Assembly: GCF_009834535.1 (NCBI RefSeq)
Contig: NC_045696.1
Location: 18,850,001 to 18,914,000 of the forward strand
From: Camelus ferus
Taxonomy: Eukaryota
Direction of reading: 5' to 3'
DNA: 64,000 bases
The first letter of the stretch is position 1. The number at the start of each line of letters is the position of its first letter. Below the pieces are notes generated by a model. It saw only the letters and a list, made by a program, of their open reading frames with translations, was not told where the DNA came from and made no database searches. Positions 1 through 11,920 of the stretch are shown here, one piece after another. Made by a program: the position numbers and the translations under genes.

Positions 1-2473
1 ACATATAAGTAAGGTACATGTCACCTCAATCCTAATTCAAGGGGCAGGGACTTTCTGAAGGCTGCTCTTGATTTTATTAAGATTAAAATATCTCCCCATG
101 AAACATTCTCAGTAATTTAACTTATCCTGTAACTGTAGCAAACCCAATAAAAAAATCAAAACTAGCTTCCCTGCCTGTTGAATAGCACCCTATTCCACTA
201 CAGCTATGACTTAAATATATTTTTCTTAATGTCCAACTCAGTCTTTATTAACTGTTTCATCTTGGTAACCAGTGGTAACACATGGTGCGGTGCACCTTTA
301 TGCATGTCAAGGACCCTAGGGTACACCCTTGAGAAGAGAGGATAAATCCAGTTGCAGAACACACATGGCAGTTTGGAGGGTGGGAAAAGGGGCACAGTAT
401 TTACAGACTTAAGGGGTGGTGGAGAAGATTCGTCAGCAACAGTGCAGGATGGTGCTGAAGGGAAATGAAATGAGGCAGCGTCAGGCACCAACCTGGACCC
501 CGTCAGCCTCAGCCAGAGGGGTGTTCTTTTCATGATGTTTTCATGTTATGCCACTTATATATGTGACCTTCAGTTAATAACTAGAAAGTCCTAGACTAAC
601 TAAATCTAGTGAATCATTTGTCAGACATTCTAGTAGGAACAGTTCCTAAAAGGATGCATGAGGTACAGTGTCAACCCTCTGCATGTTTCCATCTGTTGAC
701 TACACAGAGCTCTCAGACACCTTCAATCTGTTTTTTTTTCTTTTCCTAAATCGTAATATTTTAGAAATAACATATTTTGCCATTCATGTCCCCTGTGTTT
801 TTTTAAATGATGGTGTTTAAAGATGGCAAATATTTGATATAATTGGACTGGAAACATTTAGAACACTTACACTTGATTACACTTAGCTGCAGCTACGCTT
901 TAAAAATTTAATAGTGTGATATTTCTAAGGTATTTCTAAGAACAGGATATTTCTAAGAAGAGTAGCGTGATTTTTTTCAAATGGAGTTTTTTTCTAGTAT
1001 CGGTTTATTTTAACTATAGAATATATTCTAGACAGTATTTGTAAGAGCTATTATGAAGTATAAATTGCTCAGGGTCCTGAAGAAGGCATAAAGAGTAAAA
1101 TACAATGGAATAAGTCAATACATCCGTTTTGTAACAAAAATTTTCTTTACTCTGATCCTAATGTCCACTATTAAGTAAATAGATCTGAAATCCATGCAAA
1201 TGGGATGTCAGCCTTGCTAATTAACTATTTGTAAAACAATATATGTGCACAGTGAATTGGCAAGATTACTACATCATAACTATAGCTAGAACATATTAAC
1301 TAATTTATTATAGCAATCTCAACGTCACAATCTTTCGATCTTAATTTCTTAGTAACTTGACATCAGAGAAAATTCCACCATGTAATGAAAATTACTTACC
1401 ACACATTTTAAAACCAGTAGTTTTTAGGTAGTGTGAAATATAGAGTATAAATTTGAGAAAAACACAATGCAAGATTAATTAGAATACTTAGAATAGTGGC
1501 ACAAATCCTTCATAATCTTCTAAAAACCAAGTCAGAAGTAAAACAGAAAAGTAACAATGAAATCCTTAGATATATACTTCCATGAAAAATTAAATATAAA
1601 CTATATACAAAATGAGTGCTCTGTTGGTTCAATTTATTTCAGCCTTGCACATTGATTTGTATTAACTTCCATTTCCTCCTGCCTCCTTAGTGGTGCTTGT
1701 TTTCATGGGTGGTTTATAATTCATCATTATATTCAGTGAAGCATATGGCTCCTTTTACATGCAAAAAATGAAATGCATGTTTGGGGACTACATAACTAAA
1801 TATGGCCCTTTCCTTACTATCAAGGTATTATTTTCAGAAATCTCCGTGAGGCTGCAGCTGCAACCACGTCTCTCACAGATCATCAACACTGTCAAATGCG
1901 TTTAGGAAGACAGTCAGATGGGCACAGCCAATTTCAGCCGCACGGAATGAGTTTTGCCTGTATTTTTAACCACTAGAAAAAACTTCAGGATGTTTTAGCA
2001 GTAAAGAAAGCCCCAAAGGATTAAATTCATTATTTTCTCACTTCTTGGGGTTTAAATCTACCACAAATAAGAAATATGATTCTACATTCTTCATCTTGCT
2101 ATAATCAGTGTAGGAAAGATATTAAACTTGCCTATGAAAAGAATAAGACTTGCACATTGAGTGTATGAATATTCCCAACTCAACAACGGATACAGGAGAC
2201 ATACGTAAAAGGAGATAATTCTGTAAAGCTGTATACAAAGCCATGGACAAAGTGTTATGAGGCAAGTCTACGCAAAACTAAAACATAAATCATAATTCTG
2301 TTGTCAGATAAAGGGAAGGCATAAAATAAGACAAATCATTAAATGTGAAAAAGGCCTTTTCTAAAATTAATGGAAACAAGTTTAAATAAAATACAATAAA
2401 TTATGAAGTCAAAAAACATAGGAACAGCATTAATTTCAGAAGTTGTAAGAGAAAACAGAAGTATTAAGATAGT

Positions 2474-2840
2474 TTATTTTTAAAAATTGAGATGTAGTTT
2501 ACATACTTGAAATTGGCTTTTTGTGTTCATAGTCCTGTGAGTTTTTACAAAAGAAAACAGTCATGTAGCCACAATCTCTGTCAAGATATAGGACACTTCT
2601 AACCACCAGTTTTGCTCCTAAATCCTCACCCATCAATCCCTCATGCTCCTTTGTCGTCAACCCCTCCTCACTCCCCTAGTCCCTGGCAAATGTTGATCTG
2701 TTTCTGTTTCTGTAATTTTGCCTTTTCCTGAATGCCGTCTAAATGTGATCATACAGAATGTGGCCTTAAAAGTTGAGGCTTCTTTCACTTAGAGTAGATA
2801 ATGCCTTGAGATTCACACATGTGGTTGCCTGCTTGTATTT
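2474..2840 (-). mobile_element. Old L1M (L1MC/MD/ME-type) 3' end fragment
   Basis: Antisense L1M 3'UTR motifs: ttttaaaaattgagatgtagtttacata..., cctggcaaatgttgatctgtttc...ttttgccttttcctgaatg...tcatacag...ttctttcactta. Confidence 0.75.
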
Positions 2841-3450
2841 GCCAGTGGGGACACTAATCTCATATAAATGGATGCAGCCAAGATCCAAAGAACCTTGCCT
2901 AGAGATTCTTTTTCTATAGGTTGGCTATAGGGCATGGTTAGTACACGGTATCAGATTATTTGATGCAAAAGGGCTGTAGAATATACTGTGAGAATCCCTG
3001 AAATATGCAAAAGTAAACTACCCCAAATTAATTCTGAAGTCTCTTTGCAGGTATAGTTAAAGGGGTAGAGACTTCAGCCTCCCAGTACTTACCCATTACC
3101 AAGGCTAATAGAACCTAGTTTTATTGATAAAGGTCTCATGTACTGATTAGACACCCCACTCTAGAACAGATGGTAGATCATTAAAACACAGATCCCACAT
3201 TTGGCAAGATATGACTGTCTCTGCAGGGAGGCAGTGTTCATTGGTTACAGGCCATAGGAGTCCCTATAATTAGAGAAGTGAAGGAGGTGAGTTAGAATTG
3301 TTTTACTTGTAATCAATGAGTGAAACAAAATACAATGCATCCGCTCTTGTATCTGAAATGTTCAGAATTACAGTTGGCAACAGGCACAATAGGGACCTAG
3401 CGATCAAACATTTCTCCTTTTATCTCTACCTCTTTGTCTCCTTGCAACCA

Positions 3451-3909
3451 TGTTATGGGTTGAATTGTGCCCCCACCGCCTAAAGAGAAAGGGTATGTTG
3501 AAGTGCTAACCCATAGTACCTCGGCATGTGACCTTATTTGGAAATAGGGTTATTTCAGATATAAGTTAAGAAGAGACTATACTGAAGTAAGAAGAACCCC
3601 TACTCCTGGATGACTTGTATCTTTATTAGAAGATGGCCGTGTGAAGACATGCACACTGAGAGTACCATGTGATAAAGGCAGAGATCAGGGTCATGCAGCT
3701 GCAAGGGAAGGAACTGCAGAAATTGCTAGAAAGCTACAAGCTAGGAAGAGGAAAGGATGGATTCCCCTATAGATTTCATAGAAAGCACAGCCTTGAAAAC
3801 ATCTTGATTTCAGACTTCTAACTTCCAGAGCTGTGAGAAAATAAATTTCCCTTGTTTGAAGTTCTCATTTTGTGGGACTGTGTTACAACAGTCATAGGAA
3901 ACTAACATA
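3451..3909 (+). mobile_element. MaLR solo LTR, MLT1C-like
   Basis: Starts tgttatgggttgaattgtgcccc; contains gtgaccttatttggaaataggg and cttgatttcagacttct...ctgtgagaaaataaattt; ends ggaaactaacata. Confidence 0.85.
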
Positions 3910-4525
3910 TCCCACCATGAATAACCTGAGTTTTTTTCTTTTTAAAACTGTGTTAACTTTATTCTCATGCTCAGAAAATTGGTTTCCTTCTGAACCAAGG
4001 AAAAGGGGTCAGGAAGCATGATCACAGACTGTCCCAGGTTTATGTCACCTCTGTTTCTTCTTTTGTTGTGTTGTGGTCTCCAGAGAGAAGTAAGAATTTC
4101 CTGCATCTAGTCACTATATATAAAATTCAAAGGAAGAACTGTGATTGTCCAATCAATGTGATTGTTACCAGCAAGACTGACTCTCGCTCTCTTCCGAGAC
4201 GGGAAGGGAAGGAAGGTGGAGTGATTTACAGGTCCTCCAGAGCCACATGGAGTGGAAGTGTGTCAATTTCGAGAGGGATTGCCATTCTTGGTTCAGAGGG
4301 GTTACTGAGCATTCAAAGTAAAGATACAGTAACTAGACAGATAAATGTATATGTTTACCTATATAAATCTACGCACACATAAACAACAGTAAGACAAATG
4401 CATTTTTACACGAATTCTATGATACTGTACGCATTGTTCTAGTGTTACCATATATTAACAAAGTGGATGATCAAATGTGTCATTATCTACATTTGTAGAA
4501 AGAGGATTCTCTTTTACCCTGAGGC

Positions 4526-4750
4526 AGAGCCTGGTGATTATAAGCTTTGAAGTCAGAGAGACTTGGATTCTAATCTAAGCTCTGGTACTTGTCACCTGTG
4601 TGATTTTCATGATTAATTTGCCCTCTTCAAACTTCAGTGTCTTCACCATGCCAATGGCTATTGGGGAGGTTAAATAAGGTACATAAAGTATTTAGCAGAG
4701 TGTCTGGGATTTTTAGTCAGTGGTTGCAAATGTTAAATTTGTTATCATTT
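4526..4750 (+). mobile_element. MIR SINE
   Basis: gctttgaagtcagagagacttggattctaatc...ctgtgtga...cttcagtgtcttcacc...tatttagcagagtgtctgg matches the MIR core and tail. Confidence 0.7.
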
Positions 4751-6059
4751 TAATTTCCCCTTTCCAGATGAGACAGCTGCTGCCAAGGGTCCTATGTTCT
4801 TATTACCCTGATCATGTGTGTGTGTCTGACGTCAGAGCACAGAAATAAGGAGATACACCTGAGGGGGAGGAATTGGTCTCAGGTTTGGGATAATGAGAAA
4901 ATACTACTGTGAGGTTGATGATACAGAACAACTCTCATACCTGTAGAAGTTTGGTCAATTAAGGTTCAGATTGTTCTTGGTAGACCTGAAGAGCTAAATT
5001 TTATAAAGGACAATTTCATGTCAGAGCCATTATCCAAGCTTCACGCCAGAAGCCATTGTAGCAGTGGATGAAGTAGCTTGTGTGCCCTGCTGACTCCAGT
5101 GACTTCCCAGTGTCCAAGAGGTGATGACACTCACTTAAACTGCCTCCTCTTGCTAACCGTGGGTGACACTGTGATGCCATGGGAACCCAGAGACAAGAGG
5201 TTAATTAAAACAAAACCTGTTTAAATGCCAGAGAAGAATTTGGGCTTATATCCCCAAGACCTTTAAGTCTGTATCCATGGCTATCCGAAGTTCTACCCTC
5301 TTGTCTTTTTATTTAGAGTGTCAATACATTTTCTGTGTAGCTTAAATGCTAGATGACCCTACTGACTATAAGACAATAATTACAAGGCATGCAATATTTA
5401 TAATTATGATAAAGTCACAAATGTAAAGGGAACATATGTTATTACTCTTTACATTTCCATATAGAGAAATTTTCCTTAGGTAGCTTCTCTTTTCTCTTCT
5501 CTTAGACAATTACTCTGAGATGTCAAAATGCTCATCAAATCTATGTTGTTTTTTAAATTGCCTGGTTCAAAAAATTATAAATAAGCAAAAATATTTAATA
5601 TTTAGAGATATCTACACTTTGTGTTCTTAGCTGAATTTTTGCTTAAATATTAATTTTCTTGATTTGAGAGTACACTGGAAAAAATTATAAATGTGATCAT
5701 ATCTATAAATATTCATTTGCTTAATTTTTATATTATAAATTTGTTATTTATATGTTTTTGGTGGATTTAAAATAGTCCATTATGCCATTTTATTTCCCAG
5801 AAAGAAATGCCATTTTAATTCAAAGCATGAGTTGATGTAAGATTTATTTCTATAGCTATTATAAATATATGCAGTGTACAAAGAAAATCAGTTGCTCCTC
5901 TCTTAAATCTTATTTTTCCTCATTTCCATGTATCCTTCCTTGCCTTCTATTTTTACTTTTCATCTCTTTGTCCTCACTTATGTAACTTAAAGTTTGGCAC
6001 ACACATAAAGAGGCTTTAAAAAAGAAAGGAGAATAAGATGAGCGTATGAGTAAAGGAAT

Positions 6060-6232
6060 GGGTTTTTAAACCAAGCTGACCGAGTGAGATACTCAGCTCC
6101 AACACTTTTGGTTGAAAAAAATTTAGCCAACTTTCTTAACTTCATTATGAGTCCGTTTGTTTTGATAATTGAGTTAATATGTGTTCACTTAGAAAAGTGT
6201 CTGAGGTACAGTAAGTGCTAAGTGGTAAGTCT
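6060..6232 (+). mobile_element. MIR SINE (degenerate)
   Basis: cagctccaacact...tttcttaacttc...cacttagaaaagtgtctgaggtacagtaagtgct. Confidence 0.55.
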
Positions 6233-6519
6233 AATTTAGCAGGAATAAAGATTGTTTATCATCAAGAAATATAAGAAGATGGCTTGATTTTGAAAATTAT
6301 GATAATTAAAATGAAATATTAATTTACACACAGTAATATATTTGCATAAATGATCAAGGCATCATCAATTCATAGGTAAGAAATAAAAATTAATTTAGAG
6401 GATGTTTTGGATAAATATATAAGAACAGTTTCCTAAATGTTACTAAAATACAGGAATCGGTGAGATATTGCTAATCATCCATTTAAAATGGGTGAGTTAT
6501 AACAGTTGATATAATTATA

Positions 6520-7142
6520 TCAAGTATCTGTGAGTTTATGAAAACACCAGAACTCTCACACCATTATAAAATGGTGCAACCGCTTTGGTGCATTTCTTGT
6601 CAGTTTCTATTGTTACAACATACTGCAATTCCACTCCTAGGCATTTAACAGAGAGAAATGAAAATATATGTCCACAAGACAACTTGTACATAAGAGTTAA
6701 TAAAATTTTTATTCATAATAATCAAAAACTGGAAAAAAAAACTGGAAATAGCACAGTTGTCCATCACTATTAGAATGGATAAATTGCAATGAATTTCTAT
6801 AAAGGAAATAATTCTCAACAATAATATGACAGAAACCACTGACATACTCCGTATGAATGAATATCAAAAACATTTTGCTGGTGATGACAAAAATTTAAAC
6901 AATTTTATTTCATTTGCTTGAAATTTTCAAACAGGCAAAACTAATCAAAAAGAAGCTCACTGACTGCCAGGCCCCAGAATGGGGAAGAATTAACTGGAAA
7001 TAGGAGTGAGGGTATATTGAGGGTAAAGGAAAAACCTACATTCTGCTCATGGTGGTGGTTATATGGGTGCATTCGACAAAATTCGTTGATCTGTACATTT
7101 AAAATGGGTGCACTGTATTATACATAATTTAAACCTCGAAAA
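6520..7142 (+). mobile_element. Old L1ME/MC 3' end
   Basis: aaaatggtgcaaccgctttgg, caattccactcctaggcattta, gaaatgaaaatatatgtccac, acaggcaaaactaatc, ggtggtggttatatgggtg, gtacatttaaaatgggtgca. Confidence 0.8.
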
Positions 7143-8478
7143 ATGACAAAAAGTAGGACTATGCACAGTATTAAAGATTAACTAAGACAAATATTTGTTC
7201 TATAATAGGCAAGAAAAAACTGGGCTTAATGCAAGTGGTTCTGACCCAATAAACAAATCAGTATGTGAGGTAAGTTAGGAATACATAAGCTTTCGTTTAC
7301 TTTATTATTAAAAATCTCCTGGCTCCATAGCATATTCCAGGTATTTCAGAACATGTTTTCAGAACTGTTTTAAATACTTCAGGAATTGGCCCATATTGTT
7401 TTCCATTCCTTGCTTTTCTCAGGCCACACGCTATTTTTCTCAGGTTGCAAGATAACCACTCCATATGGAGCACAGTGATCATCTCAGGGTTGGTGTTGCA
7501 GTTTGCAACCTTTCTGCCTGCAAGGAAAGAAAGCTGGTTGCATATTCCTGTTACTACTCCATTTCAAGTTTATGACAAAACTTTTCTATTCCTCCAAACA
7601 AAGAAAAAAAAATAGATTATATCTTCTGTTGAGAAGGCTGAATAATATGGCAGTGAAGTACCAAGAGAGTAACTTCTGAGCACTGGAGATTCCTAAGGGC
7701 CCCCCAAGACAGAGCATTTCTGTTTTCTCCCCAGATGCTAAGCAAGCTGAGATATGAAATAAGGAGTAAATATCAAGGCCAAAAAATTACCTTTATTCTA
7801 GATAAACCCCGATACAGGAACATGCAGTAGCAGACGAACAAAATCTAAAGTAGAACTGGGGAGGCTTCAGCCAGGCTCTCGGAGGTGGTGCTAATATAGA
7901 TCAGCGAGGCTCAGAGACCAGGATAGCAAATGGAGAACCCATCTTCTCCTTGGGCAAGCTGGATCCCCAGAGAAAAAAGCATCAGTTATTCATTCCAAAT
8001 TTTCAAATCATATATCACTTTCCACCACACAAGGGACAGAGTGGAGAAAAATGAAAGTAGAAGGAAACACTAAGGGTGGTAAAACAGTATCCTCCGAAGG
8101 AGTGTGTGTTCATTTTCCCCACAGGATCAAGTCTCCGCCTTTCTCCAGCCTCATCAGTATTCCAACAGGCTGAATGTAGGTACTGAATCAACAGGATTTG
8201 TGACCTCTGAACCCACTGAGTTTAGCTAATGGGAGATGCTGGCAGGAGATAAGGAGGTACAGGGTGAAGGTGGCCAGTGGCTTCATTTCTCTGCAGAAGT
8301 CTAAAGCACTTGTCACCTTTTCCAAAGTTCCAGCTGCAGTTCTTTCCCTGGATTAAACCATATTTTACCCTTGATTCTTCTTTCCTGTGGATAGCAACAT
8401 CTCCCATGGTTTATCCTAACACTGGACACGCTGGGAAATAATCCCTTCTTTGAGTACTTCATGGTTGCCTGTTAGAGC

Positions 8479-8509
<31 letters not shown>

Positions 8510-9921
8510 GCCAGCTACTATATTAAAATGCAGTTGGCTCCCAGTTCTCCTCATTACAACACAATTGAATCCTAGTATCCAGGTTCTTTCAAGATCCTTT
8601 TATTCAAATGACAGAGAAAATTTTAGACATGACCACAGATATTTAGCAGACACAATATAAATTTGAGTATTTGACGGAACATAGTGATTTGCCAATGGAG
8701 AACCGGTTATAAATATGAGTAGCTTATTAAGTATTTGGTGTCAAATAAGGAAAACTAACAGTTCTTTTTAAAAGTCAGTTTGATCCCCTTACAGTTGGCC
8801 CTTTAGTCATGATATCTTGATAATTGACAATAGCAGTAGACTATTAAAAATATTGTTTTCTGGATGCTTTAATTTCACCAGTGCTGTAAAAAGAAAACAA
8901 CGTGACTTTAGAGGGTGTTCTAGATTCATTATTGTCTGTTCCAAAAAATATGAACATCAGTCACTTAAAACCAGAAATTCATTATGATACGTTTTTCTTT
9001 GAACCGATTTATAAAGAATTGCCTAGAAAAGGTCACTTCTTGTGACAATTTATAGTTCCTCAGATAAGCTATCTTATTTAAAAATAAGCATTCTCCTTAT
9101 CAAATATTGTTACTATGAAAAGAAAAAAATGTGATATACGCAGACAGAAGGCCAATAAAGCAATGTATCTTATCTTTGCCACACCAATTACGATATGGTT
9201 AGAATGATTAAAACTTCAAATGTAGACAACAGTAAAGCACATTTTTATTCACAAAAAGACATTTTAAGTACTTTGTAAATTTTCAACAACTTTAGATGGT
9301 GTCAATTGCCATCCCCTAAAGGCAGTTTCAATTTGAACATTGTCAAGTCACGCAGGGTGTGTCTCCCTTCTAGACTGAAGTTAAATAAAATTGTTTCATT
9401 ACCATAGCCACCGTTAAACTGCATGAAACATTAGCATCTGTTCAGAAGTGAAGCTCTCCCTGGGGCCATGTGCTGGAGAATTCTGTGTGTCCCAGTGAAT
9501 CTGAGAGAAGACTTCAGATCCCCAAAATATCTCCAAAGTAATTTACTTTTTAGCAGCGGGAAGCCTTGGTCTGAGGAAGAGAACTCTTTGAAATTTTTTC
9601 AGTTTAATTACAAAGATGAGTTATTTTTATCCAAGTCACCATTTAAAGCAGCAATTTTTTTTTCTCTTCTATAATTGCAACCCTGAATTATTCACTTAAG
9701 AGGTGAGATAGACTGAATGTGTATGTTTATTGAACAAGTTATCAAAACAGATCAAAGAAGCAGTGTTGTAGACTAAGTTAAGTAATTTTTGTTTAATTTT
9801 AATAGTTAAAAGAAAAAGATAGTACCCTGGAGAAGTTTTTAAAAAGCTAAATAATGTGCTAACAGGAAGTAAAAGAAGATGCAGCAGAAAGACAGCTGGC
9901 TAAAATATATTAAATACCACT

Positions 9922-10092
9922 GAAATTGAAGTCAGAAAAGCAGTTTCTTATAAGTCTGAGTATTAATTAATTATATTATCTTTGGCAAATCAGTTTTTGC
10001 ATTCTCCGAGTCTGCTCTCTCACCTACATGAAGAGAAACTGTTCTGGATTATTTCTCAGGTTCTGCTTCACACTTACATTCTGTAATTCTAC
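9922..10092 (+). mobile_element. MIR (MIRc/MIR3-like) fragment
   Basis: ttgaagtcagaaaa...ctttggcaaatca...ctccgagtctg...tctcaggttc...cattctgtaattct. Confidence 0.5.
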
Positions 10093-10226
10093 TGATAATT
10101 AAATTATTAAAGGATTAAATATAATAATAATATATTCACTACCTTGTTCTCTTTCTCTTTTTGCTTTGATTTTCATGGCGATTGATAGTGATGAAAGTGT
10201 ATACATTTTAGAATTTGAGGACATAC

Positions 10227-10873
10227 TGTTGCCGGTGGATCCAACCAGTGTTCCAGGTTCTTGTCCCATCCCAGAAAAAATTCAAAGACAAGACTTAGAG
10301 GTTAAAAAAAGTAAAGCGAGGATTTATTAAAGGATGGATAGTACACTCTCAAGGGGAGAGCAGGCAGGCCCAGGTGAGCAGCTGCCCTGAGTTTCTTTGG
10401 CAAGTTAGTTACATTGGGTGTAAAAATGAATGGGTGGAATGTTCATTGAGGAGGGAAGGGCTTGGGGTCATACTTCCTGATTATCATCTCAACTCCACCT
10501 TCCCAAAGGGAGGAGGGATTTTTGTCTTTATTTAGTCTGGATCAGAAGTGTCATGGCGTCGGTGCATGATCAGTACTTCTGACCTGCAAGGCTAATTTTA
10601 TTGAAATAAGGACATAATGAGCAAAAGGTCACATTCGGACACTGGAATTTCCTGACTTTTCTGACCTTTCTTTGTTGGTTTCCAGGCCAAAAGATGTGGC
10701 CCCTTACCAGCCCAAAGATTCCAGCTTTTCTTTCTCCGCCTGGGGACCCCTGGTGCTTACATGATGCATGGTTTCCTGCATTTGGCTTGTGCCCCTCCTT
10801 TCTGCCCAGTTACTGCCATTTGGTCTGTGTCTCCCTTTCTCTGCTCATACCTAGCTATCTGCCTGCTGTAACA
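10227..10873 (-). mobile_element. ERV1-type solo LTR
   Basis: TGTT...AACA termini; minus strand begins tgttacagcaggcagatagctaggtatgagcag; minus-strand AATAAA at 10323-10328 followed by a U5-like segment; GC-richer than flanks; no clean TSD. Confidence 0.8.
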
Positions 10874-11102
10874 ATGATTAAGTATTTAGCACATTATTCA
10901 TTGAATATAATCAGTTGGTCTAACCACAGTGGTTGCTTTCTAGTTCTGGGAAAGTATACTTTTTATCGTCTTACCTAGAGGCACTCAAACTGTTACTGAA
11001 TTGCATTCTCTATAACCCTTCTTTACCAATTAAAAAGTTAATCCATCTTCAAGTTATGTGTCTAAATGCCACTTATTCAGGAAAAAAAATCTGCAGTCGT
11101 AC

Positions 11103-11860
11103 TGAGACAGGAGGGAAGAGGGCAGGACACAACCACTGAAGGAATGACACAGCCATTGATGACAGGACACACTGGTTAGAACCAAGATGGCGGAAGATTC
11201 AACTTCAAGTAGACCTTGAGCCTCATGACACAGCCACAGGCTCCATGACAGTTCCTAGACTCATAAAAGCTCAAAAAGTGGGTAGGGTCCCAATTCCTGG
11301 AATTCCCTGCCCCTTTCCCAACATAGTTGGAATAATCCTCCTATTCATTAGCATATGAAATTACCGAGCCCATAAAAACTAAGAGCTCTGCACCTCCTGA
11401 TGATGCCCATGCTCACTCTCGCTTGCGCGCTCCCTCCCTCTCTCTCTCCCCCTCCTTCCCTCCCTCCCTCCCTCTCTCTCTCCCCCTCCTTCCCTCCCTC
11501 CCTCCCTCCCTCTCCCTCCTTCTCTCCCTCCCTCCCTCTCTCTCTCTCTCTCTTTCTCTCTCTCCTTCTGAGTTGGCCTGCACTCCATCTATGGAGTGTG
11601 TATCTACTTTTACTTTAAACTAAACATCCCCACACCCCGCGGTCTCTGCCCCTCTCACCTTTTTGAGATGGCCCGCATTCCGCTGATGGAGTGTGTATCT
11701 CCTAAGCTGCCCTCCCTTTGAATGGAGAGGGACCACACTCCATGGAGTATGCATCTCCCTGAATAAACGACTTTCACTTTACTGTGCCTTGCACTTGAAT
11801 TCTTTCCTGTGTGAGGTAAGAACCTATCCTGTGGCCACAGGATTATCTTCTTCCCACTGT
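11103..11860 (+). mobile_element. ERV1 solo LTR, MER41-like
   Basis: Starts tgagacagg; YY1 motif CAAGATGGCGG 11183-11193; TATA-like cataaaaa 11371-11378; AATAAA 11762-11767; U5-like cttgaattctttcctgtgtgaggtaagaacc; 3' end approximate. Confidence 0.8.
11430..11569. repeat. Pure polypyrimidine (CT/CCCT)n compound microsatellite
   Basis: 140 nt containing only C and T, inside the LTR R region. Confidence 0.95.
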
Positions 11861-11920
11861 TTATAATAGTCAATCCATTCATATATTTAGTATGTATTTA
11901 TAAGGAAAAGTTAATCATAT

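Noticed and set aside
204..533. 109-aa minus-strand ORF in a GC-richer patch
   Set aside because: No recognisable domain, splice context or retrocopy hallmarks; chance ORFs are likelier where GC is higher.
7442..7511. 9-bp inverted repeat enclosing the 12-bp palindrome ctccatatggag
   Set aside because: The arms do not extend and the two centres do not coincide; consistent with chance.
8483..8509. T27 run as a possible retrocopy tail
   Set aside because: No minus-strand polyA signal, TSD or recognisable body; a simple homopolymer.
11379..11623. Three overlapping ORFs rich in ER/GR or SLP
   Set aside because: Translations of the CT microsatellite.
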